Below, piece by piece: positions 24,642 through 36,804 of a DNA stretch of 64,000 nt. Source of the DNA: Bilabrum cf. latius. Lineage: Eukaryota. Each line of letters opens with the position of its first letter. Within the stretch, counting starts at the first letter, position 1. The stretch lies in NCBI GenBank assembly GCA_965178125.1, contig OZ237736.1, forward strand, positions 496,001 through 560,000. Reading direction: 5' to 3'. The translations under genes were made by a program, and so were the position numbers. Under the pieces are notes generated by a model, which searched no databases, was not told the origin of the DNA, and worked only from the letters and a program-made list of their open reading frames with translations.

Positions 24642-27600
24642 TCACTACCGGCCCTACCGTCTCGCCATGCTCTCGTGCTGCCGTATCTGGTCCAGCGCGG
24701 AGGCCAGTGACACCGCCTGTGACCTCCTCAGACGCCTAGCCCCAGTCCCTGCAACAACAGACAGCCAGCCAGTCACAATCCTAGACATGGCCATTACACC
24801 CGTACGGAGCTCCTCAGCAGATGCCCCTTGTCCCATCGGGCCATGCTGTATCGTACGAACCAGCTAATCTATCGAAAGAACGTTCCTGCGGTGCGATTGG
24901 AAGGCAGCTTGCACACCCTGCGCGAGCTGCTCCAAATCGACAGTCGCACCATCCCGGCCGCGCTGTTGCACCTCACGCTCCTCTCGCCGTCTCGCCGCAC
25001 TCTATGCATTCTGCCGAACTCTTTCTATCAGAGAAGAAGAAAGACCTGTGAGCCCGCTCGACGGCGAGGACGGGGGCACTGAAGCAGACTAAGCTACAGC
25101 TCCGCTTGTGCGTCCTTGACCACGCAGTCCTACACCCACTGAGCGACCGAGACCGGCAGCAACTGTGCTCCCAGGCATTCTTGCTGGAGGAGAATCGCTG
25201 CTGCTAGCCAATGCTCCCCCCATTCCGCCGCCAGCGCCAGCCGGTCTGCTTCTAGATGGACGCGCGGGCTCCGGCGTGGAATCCTCGCGGCCAGCACTCG
25301 ACCTGTGCGTCGCACGAGCTCCACCAGCAGCGTTAGCCGGCTCATTACCGAAGTCAAGAGTTCTTCTAACGTTGGAAAAGGTCTCGATTGGGCTGCTTGC
25401 GGGTGGCGTCTGCCTGCCAGTCCCAGACTACTCGCTAGGAACTCGGCGAGCGCGCATCGGAGCTGGTGGAGGTGCCATGCGAGACGAAGTGGGGCGCTGA
25501 GCAGCTGGCGGCGTCTCGAATTGGCGCAAATGGACCGATTCCATCCTTCCAGAACCCGTGCTTGGCTGCTCTAGGCTTCCCGTCCCGCTGCGCGATGCGC
25601 TTGTCGGTGACATTGAATGGCGCACGTCCCGTCCGCCACGATCCCGCGAGCCTTCAGCAGACTCAGGCACAGGTTGCCTGGAAGCAGACCTAGCGTTGCT
25701 GCTCGCACGTCTGCTTGGTTGCGAGGCGCCGCCACTCTCTCCCCTGAACAGTTGCCGCCGAGCGCGGGACAGAAGCATGGCGCCCTCGTCCGTTTGCGAG
25801 GCTCGGGAGCTCGGCGACATGGACATGTCTCTACGCAGTTCCCGGGCCGTTGGTGAAGCAGATGGCGTTCCACGGGACTGCAGCGAGGATGCCAAGCGAC
25901 CCCTGCTACGGTCGCGGGACAGAGACCGGTAGAGAGCAGGGGACATCCCAGCCGAGGTGCCGTTGGCAAGGACAGCCTGCGCGCCCACCTGACTGCGGTG
26001 TCTGGACGGATCCACTGGGAGATCGCCGAGGGGGATGTCCACGCTGTCCGGGTCGAATCCATCCGCCCATTTCTTCATGGCAATGGGATCAAAGGTGCGC
26101 TTGCCTGTCCTGTGACCTCGCCTGCCGGCCTCGATTGCCGAGACATGCTCATCATGTGCGGTGGCGGTCAGCGACAAGAGAGCGTCCCTTCTGTCCTGCT
26201 GCCGCTCTGCCACTTCCTGCATGCCCATCCTAGCAGACCCACTGCTGGTACTACCTGCCGCCGTGGCGCGTGACGCGCCGGGAGACGATCCCCTGCTGCT
26301 GGACACTATGTTGCTGCCGCGCGCAGTCGTCACTGTGCGGGTTTGGCCCGTAGATCGCACAGGCGAGTCGGAAGGCGAAGATGCCGCCGCGTCTTTACTA
26401 TGCGGATTGGCAGCTCCAAAATCCACGCAGAGCTTCCAATCCATGCGCTCCCCAACCGATTGGACCATACCTCCGCGTGCAGAGGCAGCTTCACGGTATA
26501 GGCGGTAGTGCCACGGCACAAGGCCGACTAGCTGGCGAAGGTAAACCTGCGTGAAGGACGACTTGAGCATCGATTCCACAGCAAGGCGCAGTGCCTCGAA
26601 CGTGGGCAGCTGTCTTCGCTGCTTGAGCAGCGTGATGGCAGCGTCCAGCGCATGCCCGCGGTTCTGGATCGTGCCAGCGCAGGACGGCAGTGGCAGCTGC
26701 AGATGAGCCCGAGCGGCCCGGCGGACAAACTCGCTGCGGCTTGAGCTTCCTGTCCGCCCAGTTGCACCCGGCGCAGCAGTGTCTATCTCTAGGCGAGAGT
26801 CAGACGGCTGCAGCAAGCGTCGTCTGGCGCTGACTTCATCCCCCTGTCCGCCCAGCGCACCACCCTCTCCTGCTGACGAAGCGCTTTTTTGCGCAGGTGA
26901 TGACGGGGGCCCGCTCTGTAGGAGTGCCTGCAGTCGCCTGGCAGCCTGGCTCGACGGGGTCCTTGGCCCAGCAGGCAGCCTGCCCCGCCTAGTCTTGGCT
27001 TGCTGGGTCCTAGACATGCCGCCGCTGCTGCTGCTACTGCTGCTGGCATTGGCGGCAGGGACACCCTCCATGGGCTGCTGCGCCTAAAAACCCTATCCAT
27101 GCCTGTCAGCATTCACCGCAATGGCGAGCGCGTCCCCTGACGCAGAGCCAGTCACCGCTAGCTTTGCGAGCGCTAAACCGCGAGCAGCAGGGGCGCCACG
27201 ACCACGACCACGACCACCGGAAGCGCTGGCACGCCGGCTTACTAGACCATCTGAGGAAGCAGGCGCGTGCTCCTCGTCTCTATCAGAATCAGCGTCACTA
27301 CCAGCAGCCTGTGCTGCGGCCAATGACCTGCGGATCCGCCTCTGTAACCTGGGCCTCGATCCACTACGAACGCCCGCTCCTGCCACCACAGGACTGCCGT
27401 CCATCGGCCTGCTGCCCGAACCGGTAAACCCGCGGGGTCTCTTGTCTGCTTCCTGGGAGGCCCTAGACAGCACTCCTGGCGAGCCGCTGCTGCCCCTAGA
27501 TGCCACCGAGGAAGGTCGTTGCGCTCTCGCCAGCAGTGCTCTCTGCCGAGCTGAGAGCCCCCTGCCTCCAGGTACTGGTGATACACCAGGCGAGCCTGCC

Positions 27601-29756
27601 AGTACGTCGCCCTCTGCGGCGCCCCGCGGCGGCACCTGCACCCCTGCGGGTACTGGCGGGCTGTCAGTAGCATTGAGGCCGTTTTGTGGACTGGAGGCCA
27701 GCGAGCCAGACGTTTCAGAGCTGGCTCGAAGCCTTCGCATGCCAGCCGACACGCCCTCTTGAGGAACGAGGCCGCCGCCCGATACCTGCCTGCTAGAAGC
27801 AGCCGACGTCACAGTTGACGCGAAGGCCCCAGACCCTGAGATTCCGCTGGCGCCCCCCGTGGTGGACAGCGAAGCCTCCGCCGATTCTGCCGTGGCCTGC
27901 TGGATGCTGGCAAGGTGCCGGCGCATGGGCCTCGTCGGCATGGGTCTGGTCGTGAGAGCGTCGGCTGGGTGGCTGCCTGCAGACGCGTCCGATTCAACGC
28001 CATCGGTGGCTGCTCCTCCTTGGTTTGCAGCCCTCTGACTCGCTGATGCAGGCAACGGCTCGGGTGCAGCCGACCCCAGCACAGAGGCGACAGACTCCCG
28101 TCGAGCGAGTGAGAAGCCGCCCGTGTTGCTTCGTCCTTTCGCCGATTGCGATGCCTCTCCAGAAGCCCGCCCGCGCCTTAAGTTGGCATGCAACGGTGAC
28201 TCTGCTGCTGCGGGAGTCATGACCGCCGCAGCTGTGGTCGGGCTGGGCAGCGGGCAGATTGGTCCGCTCGTCGTTGAGGCGGCCCTTGACGCGCTGATAG
28301 ATCCACTAGACATGGGCATTCCGGCCGATGTGACATGTGCCCTGCCGGGTACGGTATGCGGTGGGCTTGCCTTTACACGTATTTGAAGGCCAACTTGACT
28401 TTCCTTACCGCTGCCTTTCTGGCTTCCCGCGGCTGTGCGCATACGACCGGACGCTCTAGCACCGTGTCCGTGTCCCCGCATCGCGACTGTCGCTGGACCC
28501 GACGATGCGCCAAAAGGACGGTCAGGCGTCTACAGACCCCTCTTCGCAGCCTCAGCCTCACTCACGGTCTGGGCCTGGGGCGTGGATGGGAACTCCTGGA
28601 AGTCGACGGAGGTAGTTCCTGCTCCTGCTGCTTGTGGCGGTGCCTTGATGGAGGCAGGAGGTGTCGCCAATTCACGGGCGGAATTGGTCCCACTGCCGCC
28701 TTCTTCGCCTGTGCTGGTACTTCCCTGGGCATTGGAGGGCGGCGGCCGCATCATTTCACTGTGGCCTTGCAGCGGCTAGCTCTGCTGGTGCTGCTGCACA
28801 CCGGTAATCGCTGCTGTAGGTCCGGTTCCCCTGGCAGCGGCTGTCCTGCGTCTCCTGCCGTGCCCCGGCCCTTCGATTGCAGCTGTCGCCATCCTCATGG
28901 CCTGCTTCCATTCTGACTCCGAATCCATGCGAGCGGTGTGGTGCTTGTTTCTGCGTGAGCGGTGCCTGCCGCTCCCACCACCCTCGGCGACTCGAGTCGA
29001 ATCTGGCGATTCCACGCCCGCACTCGATGACGCAGGGGCTTCCCTTCGGCGTCGCTTGGAAGGGCTTTGCTGCGGCGAAACCGCGGAATCTGGGGCTGGG
29101 GAGCTCGTACCGTGCGTGGCGCCAAGCGAAGAAGCAGAAGCGCCTGCCCGGCTCGGCCTCCTAGTCGCAGGACTGCTCGGCCGAAACTGCTCCAACGTAG
29201 ACTGTCTGGTCGTTCCGCGCGATCGTTTTCGCCCGGAGAGCCCTGCCTTGGGAGCTTGGCCGGGAGAATCGCTGCCGACGCTGGCTGCGGCACCTGCTCG
29301 CTGTCGTGCTCGGTTGGACCGAGCAGCACTGCCCGAGCTTCCTGCCGAGCCAGGCCTCGACATTGCGGGACTATCCCTCGCGGCCGTCGGTGAATTGACA
29401 CCGAAGCGATCGACTGGGTTCGTTCCTGCGGGTCCGAGAACCAGCAAACTCCGCGGGTGGACGCCAGGCGGCTGGTGGCATTGCCGGGCGTCATCGGTGC
29501 CTGCACCGGCCGCTCTTAAATCAACAAGTGGGGCTGCGCTATCCGCATGAACAGGAACTGCATCGGCAAGCCGCCTTCGTGCAAGACGCTAAGAGCGGGC
29601 GCTCGATGCTTCTGAATCGTCAGCAGTGGCGTTTGTGACAGATGTTGATCTTGAACCAGCTGGATGATGCTTCGCCGCAATACCAGGCTGATACATATCA
29701 CTTAAATCGACTATTGTGTCCGGTCCAACTCCTTCTTTCCCTTTGTGAATGAGCAT
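24642..29756 (-). CDS. CDT1: DNA replication licensing factor Cdt1 with very long disordered N-terminus; ~1700 aa
   Basis: Single minus frame open from ~29837 to TGA 24642 with 11 TAGs. Middle domain LPLP...HALDAAITLLKQRRQLPTFEALRLAVESMLKSSFTQVYLRQLVGLVPWHYRL and KKWADGFDPDSVDIP. The C-terminal domain GLSSSLIERVRQ...LEQLAQGVQAAFQSHRRNVLSID...SAEELRTGVMAMSRIVTGWLSV appears only on TAG read-through. 5' end uncertain (possible upstream exon). Confidence 0.8.
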
Positions 29757-30374
29757 GCCTGGCTTGCCTTGATCAGCCGATGCAAGTGTTCGTTCTGCGA
29801 GGTCGACGCAGGGTATCAAGGGGTCAACGCTACAGTGTCAGACCGTGCGAATCTGAATAGACCTACCAATCTAGACGCCTTCTCACGGGTTCGTGTCTCT
29901 TGTCTTGTGTCGGACTTGCGCTGACCATCATCGGAAGCTGAAACCCCCTCCCGCTGGGCGAACTGCGGCGACTACCAAACAATAGACAGCAACACTGAAA
30001 TATGTTTATGATAATTGAAGTAAATTTGCATGAACATAGGCTCCACGGCCCAAGATATTCAAAAGAGAAACCATTTTGCTCACGCTGTCGCGATCGATGA
30101 CCTTGCTCCGAAGCGATCGAGGCAGCACGCTATTCTTCCTCCGAGTAATATGTCTGTCCATGATCTAAGATTTTGTATATTGTGACTAGACAGCGGCGCA
30201 CACAAGTGCCTGTATACTGCTTTTATGCTTCCGCAGTCCTGCTCGCAAGCAAATTGCTCGATCGGCGACGAAAAAAATCCGGTCAGCTATTCAAACGGAA
30301 CGTTACATTCACGCGAAAACCCGAAAAAGTCATCCCAGTTGATACAAGCTCTTACAAAGTAATATCTCGCTCAA

Positions 30375-31198
30375 ATGGCTGGCTCAGCAGAAGATCCCAC
30401 TGTAAGGTGGTGTTTGCGTCTGCTCATTTGGTTCGCTAGGACACTTGTCCTCAGGTTGTCTCTTTTGAGTAGCACATTCCTTGTCTCGCAGCTGGTTCTG
30501 CTGGTAGGTGATCTCCATGTACCGTTCAGGTCATCAAGCATCCCGAAAGCATTTCAGAGAATACTGGTAAGATTTCCACTGCATTCAATGCTGTGCTGGA
30601 CCCTCTCATCGTCGTGCATGGCTTGCTAGCAACACCGGATCCGCCGTCCCCTCTCTTGCAGATGCCTGAGAAGATGCATTATGTTCTGTGCACCGGTAAT
30701 TTGTGTTCTTATGAGCAAATGAATTCACTTCGCACTCTGGCCCCTGATGGGGCCAGGTTCAAAGCAGTGGCTGGGGATTTTGATAGCGAATCGATGGGGC
30801 TGCCTGACCAAGAGGTCTTCACCATTGGAGGATTTAAGTTTGTGATGAACCACGGGCACAGCATAGTTCCGTGGGGTGACCTAGAGGCCCTGTCTATGCT
30901 ACAGCGCAAGCATGGTGCGGATGTGGTGATTAGCGGGCACACGCACGAGAACTCCGTGCACGAGTACGAAGGCAAGCTGTACGTGAATCCAGGCAGCCTC
31001 ACGGGGGCATACTCGTCCATCACCACGGAGCCAACTCCGTCGTTTTGCGTCTTGAGCATCGCTGGAGACAATTTGACGGTGTACATTTACACGCTGGAGG
31101 CGGATGGTACGCAGAAAACGGAGGAAGTGTCCTACAGCAAATCAGCACCAGTGGCTGCTGCAAAGGGGGCTGGTGGGGGTGCCGCCGGTTCAAAATAA
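30375..31198 (+). CDS. VPS29: Retromer subunit VPS29; 3 exons, 212 aa
   Basis: join(30375..30401,30492..30566,30662..31198) with GTAAG...YGCAG introns. Motifs LVLLVGDLHVP, VLCTGNLC, VAGDFD, HGHSIVPWGD, VISGHTH, VNPGSLTGAYS, PSFCVL. Ends in TAA. Confidence 0.96.
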
Positions 31199-31280
31199 AA
31201 TCATTGCTACGTTTATTCTCAAGAGTAATGTGAACACACAACTTGAAGTTGCAGCTCGACTCGGAGCGCCGAGAGGCCAA

Positions 31281-31616
31281 TCACCGCGTCTTTGTCTTCC
31301 CTCGATCTATCCTGAAAGCATCGAAAGTTGGTGCTTGCACTCGTACATCTGAGAATTCATGCCCAGCTATGGTGCTCCGAGGCGAACCAACGGTGCTCAA
31401 CCACGTCTAAAATGCTGACACTGCCGCCTCTGTCGGAGCCTCTGCAGCACCCTCTACTGTACCACGCTTCGTATTTCGTACCCAACCGCACACACCCAGC
31501 TCGTCTGCCTTTGCCTTGGTGTGCTTTCTGAAGAATACGCCTTGCACCTTCCCCTTGATCTCGAAGGTGAATGCCCGAACAGATCCACCGGAAGCCAAGC
31601 TTGATGCAGCGGCCAT
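31281..31616 (-). CDS. ACYP: Acylphosphatase; 111 aa
   Basis: [16 protein letters not shown]...[20 protein letters not shown] at 31407 is followed in frame by the conserved [13 protein letters not shown]...FRI, then TGA at 31281. Confidence 0.93.
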
Positions 31617-31876
31617 TGATGGGGTAAGTCCAAACGATGAGGTCTACGCTATGCAGCCGAGGGAAAATGTGAAAATCAGATACTTCAATAGTGGAACGCT
31701 GGCTAGGCTTGCTGTGGCTGAGGATATGCCGGCTGTTGCACTTGGTTCCGCAATTCATCAACACAGTCGCTGGACCTGCACAAGCGCGACAGCCTAGACA
31801 CGCTAATAATTTGCGATTATCTTATCGTTATTGTATTCCCACCCTCTTGATTCGTTCACATCTTTGTCTGGGAGAC

Positions 31877-34800
31877 ATGTCATCGCTACGTCAGTGCGCA
31901 GCGCTGGGATTAGCCTCAGCTTTCCTAGATCCCAGAAGCATAGGATACCTGAAGCAAACCGCCAAGGGCATTGATCGGGCATTTCAATAGATTGACGAAC
32001 GCATCCTCCGCGCTGTAGGTCATTCGTTCGGCCTCTTGGGAGACCTGCGAGGAAAGAGGGTTGAGTTGACTGGGCGTACTCATGTTGACAGCCAGGTGCA
32101 GCAGTGGCGCCAGGTAGCGCAGTCTCAGCCTCCACAAAGCCGAGCTCATCATGCTATGCTGCAGGCTTCTGATTTATCGCGAGAGTAGCCCCATGTGGCG
32201 TTGTTTGGAGGAGATTGCGGGGCCTCCTTCTCCGCCGGTCTTCACATTGGCCGCGTGGACTAGGATGGCATCCGGTGGAGGTTTGCAAAACCAAGAAAAC
32301 TTGATGATATGGAGCCTATCTACGATCCTGCGCGAAATCTCAGCGGTTTGCTCGGCCGGCCAGTCAGCGCAGATGCCGCGGCGCTCACGTCATCGACCGG
32401 TGGCAGCCGTCCCCACTACTAGCGAAGCACCGAGTGCTGGCCCTGCCCCAGATCTGGGCACGCATTCGTTCGAATGGTGTTTGCGGAAGTATTTACGCCA
32501 GAGTACCCACCACGCCCTGGCAGGTGTCGCAGCGACGGCACTGCTAGCGGCTAGGGGACACCAGCCCTTGCAAGCCGTAGCGGCGCACCCGATGCGCCTG
32601 CCAGTGGTGATGGATCCGGGGCCAAGCCCGGTGCTTTTCGCTCTGCAGAGTGCGGTCCAACGTCTCCGGCACTGGGTGCGTCCTCCGTGCGACGGTCGTC
32701 CTCGATAACGTCGCAAGATCCAGACTCACTCGCAGAGGGCACAGCCAGCGACGGGGATGGACCGAGGCTTGCTATGCTACTCGGCGGCGAAGCTCGCATC
32801 CCCAGCACCTCCCCCGTTTGGGACGCATGGCGAGCTGGCGCCGCCATCGTGAAACGGAGCGTTGGTTATTCCACTGCCACTGGGGCCTTGCCAAGCAGCG
32901 ATCTCGAGGAGCCCACCGATGCTGGAATGGACCTGGTTGACATTGCAGATTCGGCCTGCCAGCTGAATCTTGAAGATGACCACGATGCGGAGCTTGCAAG
33001 ATCTACTAGAAGCAGGCTTGTGGAATCGGGGTGGAGCGGTCGAGTCTAGATGCAGACGATCTGTCGGCATGTTGCAAGGTCACTGCTAGCATCGTTCGGA
33101 CTGGTGGGCGAGGGGACTGACCGTGTGCAGGCTTCCGCATGGGTGCACCTTGTGGTGGCCATGGGCCTGCGCTCGACACCAAGGGCAATCGGCTGGATCA
33201 TGGGGCGGGCACTGGCCTGGATCGCGAGGGATGATGACGAGGTAAAGCACGCGCGGGAGTTCATGGACGTGTTTGGTGAGGGCGACACAGCCGGGACTAG
33301 AATTGGACAAGAGACTGCCGCTGTCCTAATGTACGTCCTGCAATCGGGATTGCCGGCTGCGCCGGGTGCGGTCACACAGGAGCCTAGAACCACCAGCGAC
33401 AGCTGTGATTTCCGCGGCGTACCGGATCGTGCCCCAATGGGAATCCTTTCGTGGATGGCTGACAGGCTAGAACGGTGCATGCACGGGCTGCTGGGTGCTA
33501 GCCGGGGAACAGTGTGGCCCTTGGGCCAGGCATGGGTGCTGGATCTTGCGGCAGCTCAGAATCGGGTGATGAGCGGTACCACTGGTTTTCCTGGTAACAC
33601 CGACTCTGCAGGCGCTGGCGATCGAACGTCTCCCTTCCTGTGGTAGTCGCTGCCGATGCTAGGAAGCACTGCTTTGTTTGAACGTCTTGCGTCTCTTCGT
33701 AGCAATGATGCTGCTGCATAGGGCACCGATCGTGCAAGCAATTCAACGCCAGCCAACCGAGCACCGCTCCCGCTGACCGTCACGAGGCACACAGCGGCTG
33801 CGAGCCCTTCGCTCTCGGCTGCAATTGCAAAGTAGATTGCGCGCAGGTACAGTGATAGTGGAGCGGATCGAGCTGAAGTTCGAAGCCGCTGGAGGTGGGC
33901 ATCTGTTCTGGTGTCGTTTGGTGGATGGACCCTGGCCAGGGGCCTGTCAAGGGAGACCTCCAGGGAGTCTCTGCTCGAGGTGGGAATCGCAAGTGCCGTT
34001 GCTATCGTTGTTCTGGCAAGAGAGTCTACGGGGAATTACAGGCGCGCGCTAGGGTCCAGCAGAGTGCCACCACCGCCTGAAGGGGAGGTTGAGACCGCTA
34101 GCTATCACAGGTACGACACGTTGTGTTGCTGCATCCCGCTGTCAATGACCATTCCTCGGGCCGTTTGCCTGGCGAGCAAATCGAAGGGCGGATCAAATCC
34201 ATTAACCCACGACCCGGTGCCACAACCCGGCGCGCGGATGGACCACAGGATGACACCAGTGGGAGCATCCGCTCGGCTCTCGCCGATCATGGCACGAGAC
34301 CGCGGGCCTGCGGTGGACAGGTTCGTGGTGTTTGGGGGATGGAGCCAAGTGGAAGGCTTTGAATGGGGGGTGAACGCCACCCAGTGCTTCACTCGCACGA
34401 CAGACAGCAGCACGGGGGCGGGCCAGGTGCAGATCGCGCCGACTGGCATCTGGTCAGCTGGCGGCACTTCTGCAGCCGCTGGTGCTTCAACTGTCCTCGA
34501 GCCTCTGGAAGACTTGCAGGAGTGGAAGCGGCCTGTGCTGCGGTCAGAAGTGTGGGAACTTGCTGTGCGTGGGATGGGCCAACGCGAAGCACATGGTCTG
34601 GCTGACTTGGCTGGTGGCCTGCGCTCCGGACATGGGGAGGCTGCAGATGACCCAGGATTGAAAGCACCACTCAGTGGGACTGAAACTGATTCCTAGGCCG
34701 CAAAGGCATCACAAGACTTGAAGAATGATGTTTTGGTCTCGGACCGACAGTTTCCGACCGTGTTTAACGTGTGCCTGCAGGCTGAATGGCGACTAGTCAT

Positions 34801-35689
34801 GGCAGACGGGAAAACCGATGACAGGCTCCTGGGCAACCCCAATGCCGTACAGTGGGACATGACAGACGCAGATTAGCTGAAACAGTCAGAGGGGATGATT
34901 ACATGGCCGAAGATGCTAGTTCAAAGCCAGCGCGCCACTCCGTGTGCTCGATCCATGCCGTTGATGTGGTCGCAAGGTGAGCAGCTGCTCGTGTACGGGG
35001 GTAGCATGGGCTACTCGATCGGCGATTAGTTCAGGATAGACTCAGTCTCACAAAAGCCGCAGTGCAGATTGATGCCCAATCCTGACTCTGGTGTCACTGC
35101 ATGCGATGAAGCAGCGGCGAGTATATCAACAGGCAGCCATGGGGGTGCAGAGGCTGGACCCTCACGCCTGCCAGTGGCAAAGGCAGGAAGCAGCGCCACC
35201 AGGGTAACGGGACACAAACCGTTGAGTTGCCTGGAGTCATGTTGGCAGCCGTCATGGAAGACTCTGCGTGCGTGGGCGGCCAAGGGGCACAAGCGGATGG
35301 GTGCTAAGGAGGCTGCGTCGGTGGTGGTGCTGCGACGCACCGCACCGGGGGCCGGCCCATCTCGTGCCAGTGGTGGTGAATGCACAAGTGGCGTTAAAGG
35401 CACCTGTTCAGGCGGGGTAATGCGGCGCGCTAGTTCTGGTGGAAGCATTAGTGCTGGTGGAGATCTTGGACAGCGTGCCGGCATTAGCGTTGATGAGGTG
35501 AGCTGCGGCGTCCTTGTGTGGGGCGGTGCCTCGCGTCAGTTCGGGTCGAGCTTCGCGGTGCCTCAGAGCGATGCCTTCTTGCTGGAGGTGCTGCCTCGGC
35601 TGGTTGAGGACCACAAGCCTGGGCCTGTTCCTCAAGGCCCGCAGGCCATCAGAGGCCGTTAGGCATCTGCATCAGCGGAAAGTCCCTGA
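31877..35689 (+). CDS. Kelch-like repeat protein with large inserts; ~1270 aa
   Basis: One frame from ATG 31877 to TGA 35687, broken only by ~13 TAGs. Kelch-type motifs: PQSRAHHAM...VALFGG, PCPRSGHAF, VLVSFGGW, PGARMDHRM...FVVFGGW, PCARSMP...LLVYGGS, VLVWGGA. Confidence 0.75.
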
Positions 35690-35849
35690 TCCGATCAGGT
35701 TTACAGCAAATCGTTCTGGTAAGGGCCACCCGAATAGCTCTCGTTGTTTCGTTCAAAAGCAAACGGCCAAAACGCCAAGGAGGGTGGCCGAGAGGGCTCT
35801 CGGCATCCACATCGAAGCACCCTGTAGCGGCCAGGGGCGAGCTGCTCGA

Positions 35850-36510
35850 CCTGGCTAGCAGGTGGGGACCTTGAAATCGTTCGCATGCTCCAGAAGCACG
35901 ATGAGCGAGAGCTCTGTCCAGATGTCGGTATAGGAGCGCGCAACAGCGCGGGTTGGTCGAAACATGCCGCGGCGGCCATGAGTAAGTTATTGCGTTCTTG
36001 TTAGATACAGCTCGACGAACCCCCACTAGTTGATGCTACGTTCGGCAGCAATGTGGCCATTGTGAGTGCCCGCGAGGCAATGCCGAAATAGCGAAGCGCC
36101 TGCTGAAGCTCCGCGGGGAGAGACGAATGGACCGTGCGACGCGGAGCAGTGAGGCAATTCGCGTTGTTAATTGCTTGCCGCAAGAACTATATGGATGTGA
36201 CCAGGGTTCTACTGGAGCTTGGCGGGGGGCTAGGGGCTGTGGAGATGCTGATCATCCCGGCCGGCGATGCCGTGGCACGCCAATCTAAGAGCAACGACTT
36301 CAAAATCTTGCAGGAAGTTCGGATGATGTCCAGACCCAGGCCACCAAGGGGCCAGCCAGACCGCCTGGCGAACTACCTCCTCTCCGAAGAAGCATACGGC
36401 ATGTACCCTTCAGGGCTTGAAGGGCCGTACGATTACTGGCTGCACTGGCACGGTAGCCCACGAGCCAGCGCTCTGTGCGGCTGCCGGGCCGCTTGGAACG
36501 TGCACATATA
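35850..36510 (+). pseudogene. Decayed ankyrin-repeat gene
   Basis: Ankyrin-like fragments in different frames: GDLEIVRMLQ, CRGGHE*VIAFLLD (in-frame TAA), GNAEIAKRLLKLRGERRMD, ALLIACRKNYMDVTRVLLELGG. Frameshifts are required to join them. Confidence 0.5.
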
Positions 36511-36804
36511 GACGGTCGTATCGCTGGGATCTACTGCGCCGAGGGGTGTCGTTTGGGGCTGGCGAAATGCTTGCGGCCGGGTCGGTTTGTACCCAGCAGG
36601 GGGGATCTCGAGGCGTTGGCTGCCTCGGGGTGGTCATGATGGGTGCGTGGGGCTTGTATGGGAGCAGGTGGGGCTGCTGTGATGCAAAGCTAGGGGTGGC
36701 TGAGGTATCCCGGATTGGTTAGATGTGGTCTGCGTGTCGAGTCGATAATCCAGCTGCCCTACACAGTTGAATCCTATGTCACAGGAGCTACAAGCACATC
36801 ATGA

